Below are positions 44,033 to 57,102 of a stretch of DNA of 64,000 nucleotides, in pieces; position 1 is the first letter of the stretch, and every line of letters begins with the position of its first letter. The DNA comes from Octopus sinensis. Lineage: Eukaryota. The position numbers and the translations under genes were made by a program. The stretch spans positions 103,788,001 to 103,852,000 of the forward strand of contig NC_042999.1 in NCBI RefSeq assembly GCF_006345805.1, read 5' to 3'. The notes under the pieces were generated by a model. That model saw only the letters and a list, made by a program, of their open reading frames with translations, was not told the origin of the DNA and searched no databases.

Positions 44033-44325
44033 CACATGGTCTAGTGGTTAGAGCAGCGGACTCGCGGTCGAGGGGTCGCGGGTTCGAATCTTAGACCGGG
44101 CGATGTGTGTGTTTATGAGCGAAACACCTAAGCTCCACGCGGCTCCGGCAGAAGGTAATGGTGAACTTCTGCTGACTCTTTTGCCACAACTTTCTCTCAC
44201 TCTTTCCTCCTGCATCTTGCAACTCACCTGCGACAGACCGGCGTCCCGTCCAGGTGAGGAACCTATACGCTAAGGAAACCGGGAAACCGGACCTTATGAG
44301 CCAGGCGTGGCTCGAGAAGGAACAA
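44033..44325 (+). mobile_element. tRNA-derived SINE sharing the 3' part of family C
   Basis: TGGTCTAGTGGTTAGAGC...GGTTCGAATC head; GGCGTCCCGTCCAG...GAAACCGGGAAACCGG tail. Confidence 0.8.
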
Positions 44326-45077
44326 TATTATTTCAATCGATTCATATATCCAACAACAGGGCTTTGTCTCGCTTTTATGAAGCAGTTAAATAGGTGAGTA
44401 TTCAATTCATAACTCCAAGAAAAATGAGTTTTGTAATTACGGTTTCTTCTATAACAACAGCTAGAAATAATCTGTTTATCTGTTGAGTTGTTGTTTTCGT
44501 TCTGTTCCTCGGTTGTGTTGTTGTTGATGGTACGGCCAGCCATGTTGTTTGGAGTAACTCTCTGCAAGGTAAATTCAAGTGTCAGTTGAAAATCACTACG
44601 ATCGTAATTAAAAGGCTCCCTCAGTTAATTTATCAGAAGATTAACCAATGGTTTAACAAGGCTGATAGTTGTGGCTCCAAAATTGAAGATGAGGTTCTAG
44701 GAAAATTCACCGTAAATATTTTTGCCGCAGGAAAACTCACCTCAGTAATTATCGCCGTAGGAAACTATGCCGCATAGGAAATGTTGCCGTAAGGTAATTT
44801 CGAAGATATGGTACACAACCTGATTTAGAGAAACTGTAGCTCTGAAAAAAATTGCTTTTATATGTGTGTGTGTGTGGTGTGTGTGTGTGTGTGTGCGTGC
44901 GCGTGTTTTACAATTCTGTTTTAGATTTAACTGTTTTTTTTTTAGTTTTCTTTTTGTTCTTTGCAAGTGTTATATTTATATTGTATTACTTTTTATTTAA
45001 GCTGATTTTTTTTTTGAAAACACTATTATCTTTTGGATTGTTTTATTCCCCCCACCTCTGCAGCTTTTTTTTTAACT

Positions 45078-45466
45078 CTAAGCACAAGGCCCAGATTTTT
45101 TGGGGGGAAGGGGACCAGTCGATTATATCGACCGCAGTACGCCTCTGGTACTTAATTTATCGACCCCGAAAGGATGAAAGACAAAGTCAACCTCGACGGA
45201 ATTTGAACTCAGAACATAAAGACAGACGAAATACCTATTTCTTTACTACCCACAAGGGGCTAAACATAAAATGGACAAAAAAGGACAGAGAAAGGGGTTA
45301 AGTCGATTACATCTATCCCAGTGCATAACTGGTACTTAATTTATCGACCCCGAAAGGATGAAAGGCAAAGTCGACCTCTGCGGAATTTGAACTCAGAACG
45401 GAACCGCGGGCGAAATGACACTAAGCATTTCGCCCGGCGTGCTAACGTTTCTGCCAGCTCGCCGCC
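45078..45466 (-). mobile_element. SINE family B with two internal tandem units
   Basis: Head GGCGGCGAGCTGGCAGAAACGTTAGC; core GTACTTAATTTATCGACCCCGAAAGGATGAAAG present twice. Confidence 0.9.
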
Positions 45467-45771
45467 TTCCACCTCTGAATCTTTGCCATAATAATATGAT
45501 AGGATGGTTGAAACAATTATATACCAAGGTAGCAATTCATCTCTTTTCCAGTGAAATCGTCTTGCGGCAAAATTTCCTATGCGGCGAACTTTCCGGATAC
45601 AGGAGATAGATTTCAATATATTTTTGATAGTCTCCCACGCCAAATATGCGACTTGTCGCTTCGAGTTCGTATGTATGTATGTATGTAGTATGTATGTATG
45701 TATGTATGTATGTATGTATGTATGTATGTATGTATGTATGTATGTAGTATGTATGTATGTATGTATGTATG

Positions 45772-45803
<32 letters not shown>

Positions 45804-45974
45804 TGTATGTATGTGTATGTATGTATGTATGTATGGATGTATGTATGTATGATGTATGTATGTATGTATGTATGTATGTATGTATGTATGTATGTATGTA
45901 TGTATGTATGTATGTATGTATGTATGTATGTATGCATGCATGTATGTATGCATGTATGCATGCATGCATGTATG

Positions 45975-47113
45975 TTATTGTTCAATTTATTTCAAGATTC
46001 TTGCTAATAGAAAAAGAACCGGTTTTAACCTAGATCCAAGACATTTTTGTATGTATGTATGTATGCATGCATGTATATGCAGATTTTTTAAAGTATGTAT
46101 TCTCATGCATATAGTTGCATATCTAGACATGCTCATGTATATTTAAATGATAAACTTCTGGAAAGTTGTACAGATTTTGACAGTTCCAGTGATGGATTGG
46201 ATCTGTAGTCTTCGAATTAGCTTTCTTCTTTCTGGTTTTCAGAAGCCTAATTTCTCAAGATTAGTATTTAGGCAGTGTGTTACATATCCCAGTGCCCCAA
46301 TAATTACAGGTATAAACCTGAACTTGTAATCTGGATAGAGTAACTGTAGATTTCTCAATAGTTCAGCGTAGGTGTTCTCTGTTAGCCTCCTGCTGGACAA
46401 CTAATTTCTACAACTGTGCACAGTTTCTCTTCTCTATCCCAAATCATTATATTAGGTCTGTTGTGCTCACATTTTATTGAGGTCCCCACTGGTACATTCT
46501 ACTCGTATTCCTTTTTATGATGAGTGGCAATGGCTTCTACCATATTATGGGTTCTTATTTCTTTGTCCTCGAAATTATCCTTCCCACGGATTTCATTATA
46601 GAGTGTCCTAGCTACAACGTCATGCCTCATCGGTGGATAATACCGTGATCACATTTTCGGACAACTGCTTATGATGTGGGTGATATCTTCTGTGTGAATT
46701 CCACAAAGTCTGCATCGGTTGTCACACTTTACGGCTTTACCTGCATCTCTATTCCTTTTGGGCATCAGGTACTTGGTTGATATTTCCTGTTCCTGGACTG
46801 CCAACGCACGCCTTTCAAAGTGGGAGATAGTAATCCGGCTATTGGTCCATGATAAACTGTTTTGGTGATCGATGTAACTATCATCATGGAGCTTTCTAGT
46901 AACATATTCATGCATAGTCTTCTGCTCATATAGGCTCATCCTTTCATCTGATGATAGGTTGCGTTAGAGTCTGGGCATGTATTCTAGGTTATCAAAGAGT
47001 GTTACTCAAGGAGCTGCCTTCCAAGTCTTATGATGTTATCAACCTCATGTATGCAAACTTGGTCAAGAGATGTACTTCGACACTTGCCAAAGGGATATGA
47101 TACGACATTTAAA
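45975..47113 (-). mobile_element. R4/Dong-type LINE fragment D
   Basis: SWTNSRITISHFER...CRLCGIHTEDITHIISSCPKM; 3' end collinear with copy C; TATG repeats on both sides. Confidence 0.88.
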
Positions 47114-47290
47114 GGTATGTATGTTTGTGTTTATGTATGCATGAGTATATGTGTGTCTATGTATGTACGTATGAGTATATGTGCCTATGTATGTCTATGT
47201 ATGCATGTATGTATACATGTATGTGTCTATGTATGCATGCATGTATGTGTGTATGAGTATATGTGTCTATGTATATATGTATGTATGTGT

Positions 47291-47612
47291 GAAGGCGCAT
47301 GGCTTAGTGGTTCCGGTATTCGGCTCACGATCGTCTGGTTGTCAGTTCGATTCCTGGCGGTGTGTTGTGCTTTTGTGCAAGACATTTTTAGTTCAAATTG
47401 CTCCTGTCCACTCAGCTGGCAAAAATGAGTTGTACCTGTATGTCAAAGGGCTAATCTTGTCACAGTTTGTGTCACACTGAATCTCTCTGAGGACTACATT
47501 AAGAGTACACGTATCTGTGGACTGCTCAGCCACTTGCACGTTGATTTCACGTGCAAGCTGTTCCGTTGATCGGATCAATTGAAACCCTCATCGTCATAAC
47601 CGACGGAGTACC
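47291..47612 (+). mobile_element. tRNA-derived SINE
   Basis: GCATGGCTTAGTGGTT...GTTCGATTCC...CCACTCAGCTGGCAAAAATGAGT. Confidence 0.75.
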
Positions 47613-48242
47613 AGTTGTTTGTTTGTTTGTTTGTTTGTTTGTTTGTTTGTTTGTATGTATGTATGTATGTATGTATGTATGTATGTGCACGTACGTACGT
47701 GTGTGTGTATATATGTGTGTATGTGTTTGTATTTATGTACTTACGCACTCACGCATGAATGTGTATATGCATTTGTTTTCTTTAGGATTTATTTAAATTT
47801 ATTTTTGTTGTTTTGCGTTTTTTTGTTTGTTTGTTGTTGTTGTTGTTTTTTTGTTTTGTTTTCTTGCTTTCTATGTGTTTTTTATTATTTGGAAAATTCA
47901 AGCTGGCCACCAGCCAGTGGGTAAGGCTTTCTTTGTTTCAGTTAAGACAGGTATTGGAGGCCTGTGATCGTCTGAATTAATTGATGCCTATCTATAATCT
48001 TGTTTGTGTTCATGGATAACTTGTAGGTTTGTGGTGGATATACGTTTCACTTTAGTATGCATATATCTTCTTCACAAAGTCTTACACTTTAGTACACACG
48101 TGTTTGAGCTTCCCTCTAATCTGTGTATTCATGCATTTCATGTGTATATGTCGATGTGTGCATATGTCCAACCCAGGAAAATACACTTGGTTGAGGGCGG
48201 CTGCAGTATTTTACATCATAAAATACATATATGTATAAGAAG

Positions 48243-48520
48243 CGATGGCTCAATGGTTAGAGGGTCGGGTTCACAATAATGAGGTAGTGAGTTCGATTCT
48301 TTGACCGGGCTGTGTGTTGTGTTCTTGAGCAAGTTCACTCAGCTGTAAAAATGAGTTGCGACGTCACTGTGTCGGCGTTTGCCTTTCCCTTGGATGATGT
48401 CGGTGCGGTGGAGAGGCGAGGCTGGTATGCATGGGCGACTGCTGGTCTTCCATAAACAACCTTGCCCAGACTTGTGCCTCGGAAGGGAACTTCCTAGGTG
48501 CCTCTCATGACTGAAGAGGA
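48243..48520 (+). mobile_element. tRNA-derived SINE
   Basis: ATGGCTCAATGGTTAGAG...GAGTTCGATTC...TTCTTGAGCAAG. Confidence 0.7.
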
Positions 48521-48749
48521 GTTTTTAAATGTATGTATGCACATTCACACACATATATATACACGTAGACATACATTTAACGAGATGCCACAGTTTATGC
48601 CGACTAAATCACACTCAAGACTCTGAGCCATGAAACACAAGCCAAAGATAGTGCGTGAACCGACAACCAGAGATTATGAAGCGGCCCCCTAAACTATACC
48701 ACCTTCTTTACTCCCATATTAGAAATCAATGAGATTATATACAAGTATA

Positions 48750-49148
48750 GGCGTAGGAGTGGCTGTGTGGTAAGTAGCTTGCTTACCAACAACATGGTTC
48801 CGGGTTCAGTCCCACTGCGTGGCACCTTGGGCAAGTGTCTTCTACTATAGCCTCGGGCCGACCAAAGCCTTGTGAGCGGATTTGGTAAACGGTAACTGAA
48901 AGAAGCCCGTCGTATATATGTATATATATATATGTATGTGTGTGTATATGTTTGTGTGTCTGTGTTTGTCCCCCCAACATCGCTTGACAACCGATGCTGG
49001 TGTGTTTACGTCCCTGTAACTTAGCGGTTACCGATAGAATAAGTACTAGGCTTACAAAGAATAAGTCCTGGAGTCGATTTCCTCGACTAAAGGCGGTGCT
49101 CCAGCATGGCCACAGTCACATAACTGAAACAAGTAAAAGAGTAAAGAG
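48750..49148 (+). mobile_element. SINE family A, full length
   Basis: Near-identical to 20548-20998. Confidence 0.92.
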
Positions 49149-49249
49149 ATACCTCAACTTACATCGTTAATTAGTTCTATGACATGCGACTTAAATTTTG
49201 AAGAAATGGTTTTTCGTGTTACGTCGTTTTCGAGTTTATAGCTTATATA

Positions 49250-49634
49250 TCTCTCTATATATAAACGGCAGTTTGTCTGTGTGTGTTTCTGTGTGTCTGT
49301 TAGGTTGTACCCTCACCCTGACCACGGCTTTCAACCGATTCTGATGAAACTTGACACACACATAGCCCAATGTCATAATTCAAAACTAACGCAGCGAAAA
49401 TTTTGAAAAGTTCCCCCAGTTCTGAAAAATATCGATAAATTCGACATGGGGTCGACAATCAGAAACACAAACCACAGATGGTCTAGGGGACGCAACTCGA
49501 CCTTTTTAACTATCAAAAAAATTTACCATCATTTTTTTCCCCATTTTAATTGCTATTTTTTGGCTATAACTCTCTAAAAATGCTTTATAGTTATTTCCCT
49601 TACAAATCCGAGCAACGCCGGGCGATACTGCTAG
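49250..49634 (+). mobile_element. Non-autonomous Helitron
   Basis: 5' TC start after A; 3' GC-rich hairpin CCGAGCAACGCCGG followed by CTAG and T. Confidence 0.8.
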
Positions 49635-50071
49635 TGTTTTAATAAAAGATTTGTGTATATTTTCCCATATAGGCTTTTAAGTTGTTTTTCTTTAGTTGCT
49701 TTTTTAAAATTTATGTGATTTTCAATGTTCACTGAGACCGACATATGTCGGACAATTAGACTGAAGTTAAGATTTATTTTTACCATTAATTTCTTTTTAT
49801 TTAAAAAAAAAAAAAAAAAGCACGTCAAATCGAAAAAGACGAAACTCGAAATGACGTAAGTTGAGGTATGTCTGTATATGTTTCTACGTAGATTACAAGA
49901 TAGATATCAACATAGATACTTCTGATATATTTAATTCACACTTTAACTTACTGAGCTGATAACACTGATTAGCATTTATGCACTCTCATGCGGTGCGAAA
50001 GCGTATGAGACTGATTATTTCCAAATGGAGATTATTGCATCAGTTCTGTTTCTAATATTTTACATTTGTAA

Positions 50072-50656
50072 GGCGGCGAGCTGGCAGAAACGTTAGCACG
50101 TCGGGCGAAATGCTTAGTGTCATTTCGCCTGCGGTTACGTTCTGAGTTCAAATTCCGCCGAGGTCGACTTTACCTATCATCCGTTCGGGGTCGATTAAAT
50201 AAGTACCAGTTACGTACTGAGGTCGAGATAATTGACTTAATCAGTTTGTCTGTCCTTGTCTGTCCTCTCTGTGTTTAGCCCCTTGTGGATAGTAAAGAAA
50301 TAGGTATTTCGTCTGCCACTACGTTCTGAGTTCAAATTCCGCCGAGGTCGACTTTGCCTTTCATCCTTTCGGGGTCGATTAAATAAGTACCAGTTACGCA
50401 CTGAGGTCAATATAATTGACTTAATACGTTTGTCTGTCCTTCTTTGTCCCGTCCCTTCTGTGACTAGCCCCTCGTGGGTAGTAAAGAAATAGGTATTTCG
50501 TCTGCCGTTACGTTCTGAATTCAAATTCCGCCGAGGTCGACTTTGCTTTTCATCCTTTCGGAGTCGATAAATTAAGTACCAGTTGGGTACTGGGGTTGAT
50601 CTAATCGACTGGACCTCTCCCCAAAAATTTCGGGCCTTGTGCCTAGAAAAGAAAAG
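50072..50656 (+). mobile_element. SINE family B with three internal tandem units and a 16-bp TSD
   Basis: TACGTTCTGAGTTCAAATTCCGCCGAGGTCGACTTT at three positions; AATATTTTACATTTGT at 50054 and 50657. Confidence 0.92.
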
Positions 50657-50676
50657 AATATTTTACATTTGTCTTA

Positions 50677-50873
50677 GGCGGCGAACTAGCAGAATTGTTA
50701 GCATGCCGAGAAAATGCTTAGCGGCATTTCGGCGGTGAAATGTTAACGGGGTCGATTTCCGCTTTCATCCTTTCGGAGTCGATAAAATAAGTAGCAGCTG
50801 AGTACTGGGGGTCGAGGTAATCAACTGCCCCACTCCCCCGAAATTGCTGACTTCGTGCCAAAAGTTTGAAAGC
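50677..50873 (+). mobile_element. SINE family B, second adjacent copy
   Basis: GGCGGCGAACTAGCAGAA head and Deu/Nin-like core; followed by AATATTTTACATT. Confidence 0.85.
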
Positions 50874-51121
50874 AATATTTTACATTCATATACGTTTTTT
50901 TTATTATTTTATTTTATTTAGTTTCAGCTCACAAGCTGTGGCCATGCTGGGGCACAGCCATTAATATCTAATATTTAATACGTAATATTTTTGGAATTGT
51001 CTTTCATAGTCGCATGAAACGTCAGACCTCTCCTATTTCTCTCGGAGAAGTGATTCTACTTTGTAAATTATTTTTATTGCCTGCACGGCGTTGCAAATCA
51101 TCGTTTGGTGTATAAAAATAG

Positions 51122-51219
51122 AAATTTGAGAACTGCCAGGAAAGATAACTCTGCAACATGTCAAGGGAGACTACTCTTGCTGTGTTGCAGAGTTATCCTT
51201 CCTAGCAGTTCTCGAATTT
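51122..51219. repeat. Hairpin of about 98 nt
   Basis: GAGAACTGCCAGGAAAGATAACTCTGCAACA / TGTTGCAGAGTTATCCTTCCTAGCAGTTCTC. Confidence 0.85.
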
Positions 51220-51791
51220 TTGGCGTTTTACTCTTTATATGGCATTTGTTCAATACTAATCAAGTCCCTTCGATTTAAATTTATACTTTTTTTTTCACTG
51301 GTTTGACTCAACGAACTACAGTAGTATTGGCGTAGAGTTTTAGTCGACTATCTTCACCTCATTACTTTCTCTATCAATTATATTATCAACGACAAAGCAA
51401 GGTATTTTTTGTTCTATTTTTGTCATGCCACATCGAAACTCATGCATGTAGTTATTGTGCCATAGTGTACTACCTTACAGAACATTTTGGGTAAGTCTTC
51501 CGCCTGCCCCCCCCCCCCCCACAAAAAAACCCCACCCTTTTTATTTATTTATTTTCTTTCGACACAAACCCTACTTTTCAGCTACGGGGAGTGCAAATCT
51601 GCATATAAAATTGGCAAAAGCTCGGCATTCTTAAATTTTCCGGAACCTCCGTATCCGAAAATGGGGGGTTTTGACAAAAAAAAAATTTTAATAAACAAAT
51701 TTGGGATAAAATTAGCGGAGACGGACGTAAGTCTTTCCACATTTTGCTTTCACATAAGTATGACTCATACATAGTCGAACTTTTGGCTATT

Positions 51792-51835
<44 letters not shown>

Positions 51836-52496
51836 CAATAATAAATCTAAAACATATGACATGTTGTATACTTAAAAACAAATTACAATCAAATTATATC
51901 ATGATTGCAAGAAGAGAATTATTGTAAAGAAAATTGGCTATTTTTTGGAGGATGTACGTCGCGTACCTGGAATATATGCCTCTGATACACGAACATGCAT
52001 GCGCGCACAGAGGGAGTATATGTGTGTGTATATAATTCCAAAATTTGAACAGTAACAAAACAAAGGAACAAACGGAAAATTCACATACAGGACAGAGTGT
52101 TAGTAATTCCTCATCAATTATCGTCCAAAAGATCCTTACAATTTCACGCCTTTAATGATATATGTATGTATGTCCATTCATTATGAATGACAAGCAGTAT
52201 TAGTTCAAAATAGCTGTTAATCATATTTAAAGCACATACATCGTTTGGAACCTAATAAGTTCTGGTATTCGTCTGGAGATAGCATCTGTTATAAACGTAC
52301 GGCGTTAAAATACACAGAGATATGTTTATAAGATATGCTTTCTTGAGATGCGAAACACGGATTGCAATTTTGAATACTTCTGTCGCTCATAACGAATTTT
52401 TATCCATCTTGCAGTTGCTAGTTGAATACTTGCCGCTGACGAAGCAGAAATACATATTTCAATGCTTCCAATACATATAACAATGCCACCACCACC

Positions 52497-52622
52497 GGCA
52501 CTTGTTTTATCGAGCTCGAATGGAGGAAAGGCAAAGTCGTCGATCTTAGTGATTTGAACTCAGAAAAAATATCGCTAAGCATTTTGTCCAATCCTCAAAC
52601 GAGTCTACTAGCTCACTGCCTT
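52497..52622 (-). mobile_element. SINE family B, diverged
   Basis: GGAAAGGCAAAGTCG...TTTGAACTCAGAA...GCTAAGCATTTTGTCC. Confidence 0.6.
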
Positions 52623-53804
52623 GACGATGATAATGATAATGATGATAATGACGATGACAATGATGACGTCTTTTTTTATAATAATTATGACATTTATAAT
52701 AAATCTGGATAATTTTTGACTGACTCCAATTAAATGCAGGTTTGCAAATCTCATAGGATTAGAACTCAGAAAACATTCTTAAAATTAAAATTAAATAATA
52801 AAATGGTACAATAAATTTGTTGGCCAATTTTTTTTTTTTTTTTTTCTCTTATTATAATAGAATTTATTCAGTCAGAGCTATGATTGACTCTTTGACTGCA
52901 TAATGGTCAATCACACATACAACTGATATTTTCTGCTTCTACAAATACTCTATCTCCTGTAGGTACGGTTTTCATATTCACCACTAAAAGTATTTGATTC
53001 TTGCTCTGTAAACAAATATTTCATGAAATATGCAAGAAAAATCACGAAAATCTGAAAAAAATTGTCTTTTGTAAAAAGTGGTACATGAGAGGCGGTGGTG
53101 TCTTCACTCCTCGTAGCATAAAATGATGTCTTTCCAATGATACGAGGTAAAATCGCTTTCTGCGGTTAACGGTAATAAAATTTTGAGCGGATATATACGC
53201 TTTCCACTTTCAAAGCGTTAGCTAAAATATTCTTGCTGTGGTTATCAGTCAATTACATGCATTGTCACAATTGTATCAAAGTTTCCCATTTTGCTTGTTC
53301 ATTTAGGTTATTGGTGCAGCTGTATCATAGCAAAGAACCATAGTTGCAAAATTATAATTATAATTGTTTGTCATTCAAGGAGTTTTGCAATAATTTCATG
53401 ATATATATATATGCATGTGCACGTTACACATATATACTCATGCACATAATGGATGTTTGTTGCTTTTTTTTTCTAAGCTCGAATGCAAATGAATTTGTTT
53501 TAATTTTTGCTCACTCACACGCACACACACATTAGATGGAAATATAAAACTCTGAGTAGGTACAAATGAACTTTACTATGTGTATTGAGTAGTTCCTTTT
53601 TCTTATCTCCCCGAAACTTTTTTTGTGCTTTCATCCAAAATGGAGACGAACACCATTCCTCCAAGTGATCGGTTTGAAAAATTGTTAAGATATATCAAGA
53701 TACTTCTCTTAACATGAAACCAATGGTAGCCTTAATATATACAAATAAAGAAATTCTATATCCACCAATGTGATGTTGAACACATTCTCGTCGTTCGATA
53801 CTTA

Positions 53805-53885
53805 CGTATATATGTGTGTGTATATATATATATATATATACACATATATATACACACACACATATATATATACACACACACACAC

Positions 53886-53918
<33 letters not shown>

Positions 53919-53983
53919 TATATATACACACACACACACACATATATACATACACACACACACACATATATACACACACACAC

Positions 53984-54030
<47 letters not shown>

Positions 54031-54350
54031 TACACACACACACCACACATATATATACACACACACACACACATATATACATACACACACACACACACAT
54101 ATATACACCACACACACATATATATATATACACACACAACACACACACATATATACATACACACACACACACCACACACACACAGATACACACCACACAC
54201 ACACACACACAGATACACACACACACCACACACACACAGATACACACACACACCACACACACACACAGATACACCACACACACACACACAGATACACACA
54301 CACACACACACAACACACACACATATATATATATATAGATATATATATAT

Positions 54351-54405
<55 letters not shown>
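53805..54405. repeat. Compound (CA)n/(TA)n microsatellite
   Basis: Tandem low-complexity array; source of several spurious ORFs. Confidence 0.97.
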
Positions 54406-54408
<3 letters not shown>

Positions 54409-54959
54409 ATGTTATACAGAAAGGGAGACAGATAGATAGATATGTAAACCAGTTCAAAAACTCTCCATCATGACAGCTGATGACTTGAATTGTCACATTG
54501 TAGTTATGTATATCATTTTGTGTATTTTGGCTTGTGATTTGCTCAGGCATGTATCTTTCACTATCAGACAGACTGTGCTAAATGTAGCCCACGGAGTTTT
54601 CCGAATGGCATGTCTAACGAAGTTGGATTTTTTTTTTTTTTTAACTAACACAGCCTTCCAAAATATGAATTGTGTCTCATGCAGCCCACTTCTTGAAAAA
54701 GGTTGCCCTCACATGATGTAGATTGACTGCATCAGTAACCGAAATCAGCATCGATCTGTCTGGCTTTTGTATTTGCAGCTTCTTTTCATGTCTGCAACGT
54801 GGTAAACTAAGGACCAATTCCGGCTGCATTACTGAGAAGAAACAAGTGGAATAGACTCAGTACAAATGTACTCCACTTGGCACAAATTCCGTGTGCAGGT
54901 TATTTGATAATTCTTTTTCTTTCATTTTATTTCTTTTAATTTTTCATCATCATCCTCAT

Positions 54960-55370
54960 TATCATTATTCAACGTCCATGTTTTATGCTGGCATGGGTTG
55001 AACGGTTTGATAGGATCTGATGTGTCCAAGGACTGCATAGTGCTCCAATGTCTGCTCTGTCATGCTTTCTATTGTTGGATGCCCTCCCTAATGCCAACCA
55101 CTTTACAGCAAGTATGAGGTACCATTTTCGTGCCACCAACACTATTGAGATCACCATGCAGTTTGAAAAACTACAAACCCCAAAGGAGGCAGGGTTGGCT
55201 TTGTACTAGGGGACGAGGGGTTAAAGTATAAAAGAAGGGAGCAGAGCAGAGCGGGTTCTTGTAGAAAAGCTGCATGGTTATTCACATTTCGCAGGGGAAT
55301 GAGAGACTTATCAGTAGGAGCTGTGAAGAGATAGATGCTTGAGTTGAGGTGTCCAGGTGGTTACCTATAT
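54960..55370 (-). mobile_element. Old retroposon (SINE-like) fragment
   Basis: GGATGCCCTCCCTAATGCCAACCAC resembles a common invertebrate SINE/LINE tail; recognised from memory only. Confidence 0.45.
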
Positions 55371-56904
55371 AATGTTCTTGAAGGGAAAATCCATTATTAC
55401 AGACAGATAAATATTCTCATTTTCTCTTTTTTATATTTGTTGCTATTATTTGCCCTATGTTACAGTTTTATTGACTTAGAATATTCAAACCAACACTACT
55501 GTTGCTGTCATTAATATTGATGATATTTTCATTACTCAGCCCTATAATTAGATTGACTTATGATGATAGACATTCCAGTTATAACCATCCAGGAATTTTT
55601 TTCCCCCCTCCAAATAACAGTATATCATCAAATATACCCTTTTACTCTTCTCAGATAGGGAGGTATATTTTGAGTATAAGTCTCCTACTATTTCTAGCAG
55701 GTCATGCAAATGTTTTTTTTTTTAGCTGGTAGTACGGTAATAAAAGTAGTTAGTTTCTTGCCGATGGGCATGTTTCTTTTTTTTTATATTTTTATAGCTG
55801 TTTAACAATTGTAACAGTAACTGTTGTTGCTGTTTAGCAAAAGAAAAAAAAACCTTTTGATACCAATCAGCATGACCACCACCAACAACCTTGACTCTCT
55901 GATAGAAAACTGTTTTAATTGTTCATATATAAATTTAAAACCTTCCATCGTAAATTTTATGTATGAACTGTTCATTAAGTTACGTTCCAAACACCAACTT
56001 TGTAATGAAAAACTTAGATTTTACTAAATTTCTCCAGTGTTTTTTTTTTTTTCCTTTTTTTTTTATTACATTTTTTCTAAATTTTTTTGAAATCACAGGC
56101 AGTGTTATTTCATTAGAAAGATGGTAACGAAAGGGTTAAAAAGATTTCTTTTTCAGCATACAATGATTGTCATTCAGCTCGGAATTTTTGTCCCCACCAA
56201 CTATTATGGTAAACAGTCTGTAAATGCAAAATTTACACATTAATACTTTAAATAAATATAAATATTACGATACCTCTTTTCTCACATAATTCAACGATGT
56301 TGAATATCTCACTTAAGCACAAAGTCCTTCAGAAAAGATCAGATATTATGGTTCCATCTCTAGTATATTACTGATACTTAGTTCATATATTCCAATTCAT
56401 TCTAGAAGTAATGGTAGAATTGACAAAATTACTCATATTGAGTAAAGATTTGCAGAATCTGTTCATACATCAGAAAAATATAATTCTTTGCCTCATTTTC
56501 TGTGTTAATTCAATACACGATCTATCTCATTGTACACTCATCCATGTACAAGTCATGACACTGGATGTGAATTGAAACCCTATTACCAACGGCGACACCA
56601 ACAATAGCCAAAGACACAGCACCAGAGTGTAAACAGGAGGAAGAAATATATACAAAAAATAGGACGAAAATAAAAGATAATTAAAATAATAGGCTTGTTA
56701 TCTTCCATGAAGGTACATTCAATCAGTAGCATATATCTACATGTGAGTTCAATTGTCAGTGACAAGTAGTTTATAGCACAGCATTCTTGAACAAGGCACA
56801 TTACTCTTTGTTCTACAATTGCTCTCAACAAAAATTAATGAGATATTCTCACTTCAGAGGTGAGTGGTTGGTATGATAGCAGCCAGACACTAATATATAT
56901 TGGT

Positions 56905-57102
56905 TTCAAATTTTGGCACAAGGCCAGCAATTTCGGGGGGGAAACTAACCCTGTGCTCAACTGATATCTATTTAATCAACCCTGAACGGTTAAAAAGCAA
57001 AGTCAATTCCAGCAGCATTTGAACACAGAATGTAAAGACAGACGAAATGCTGTTGAGCATTTTATCCAGCATGTTAACGATTCTGCCAGCTTGCAGCCTT
57101 AG
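56905..57102 (-). mobile_element. SINE family B, CpG-decayed
   Basis: Aligns with 45300-45466 with most CpG changed to TpG or CpA. Confidence 0.8.

Larger units (their letters stand above)
48742..49874. mobile_element. pogo/Tigger-type non-autonomous element with two nested insertions
   Basis: Right TIR GTAAGTTGAGGTATGTCTG-TA; left TIR appears split by a SINE (TA-CAAGTATA | SINE | ATACCTCAACTTAC). Confidence 0.6.

Noticed and set aside
44033-44105. tRNA-like sequence with A and B boxes
   Set aside because: It continues into a SINE body without a proper acceptor stem or poly-T terminator
50130-50640. Regularly spaced direct repeats resembling a CRISPR array
   Set aside because: The intervening sequences are near-identical rather than unique, units are about 185 bp, the context is a SINE and no cas genes are present
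54540-54850. Acceptor-like sites (T-run ACTAACACAG; TTTGCAG)
   Set aside because: Downstream frames close quickly or give no recognisable peptide
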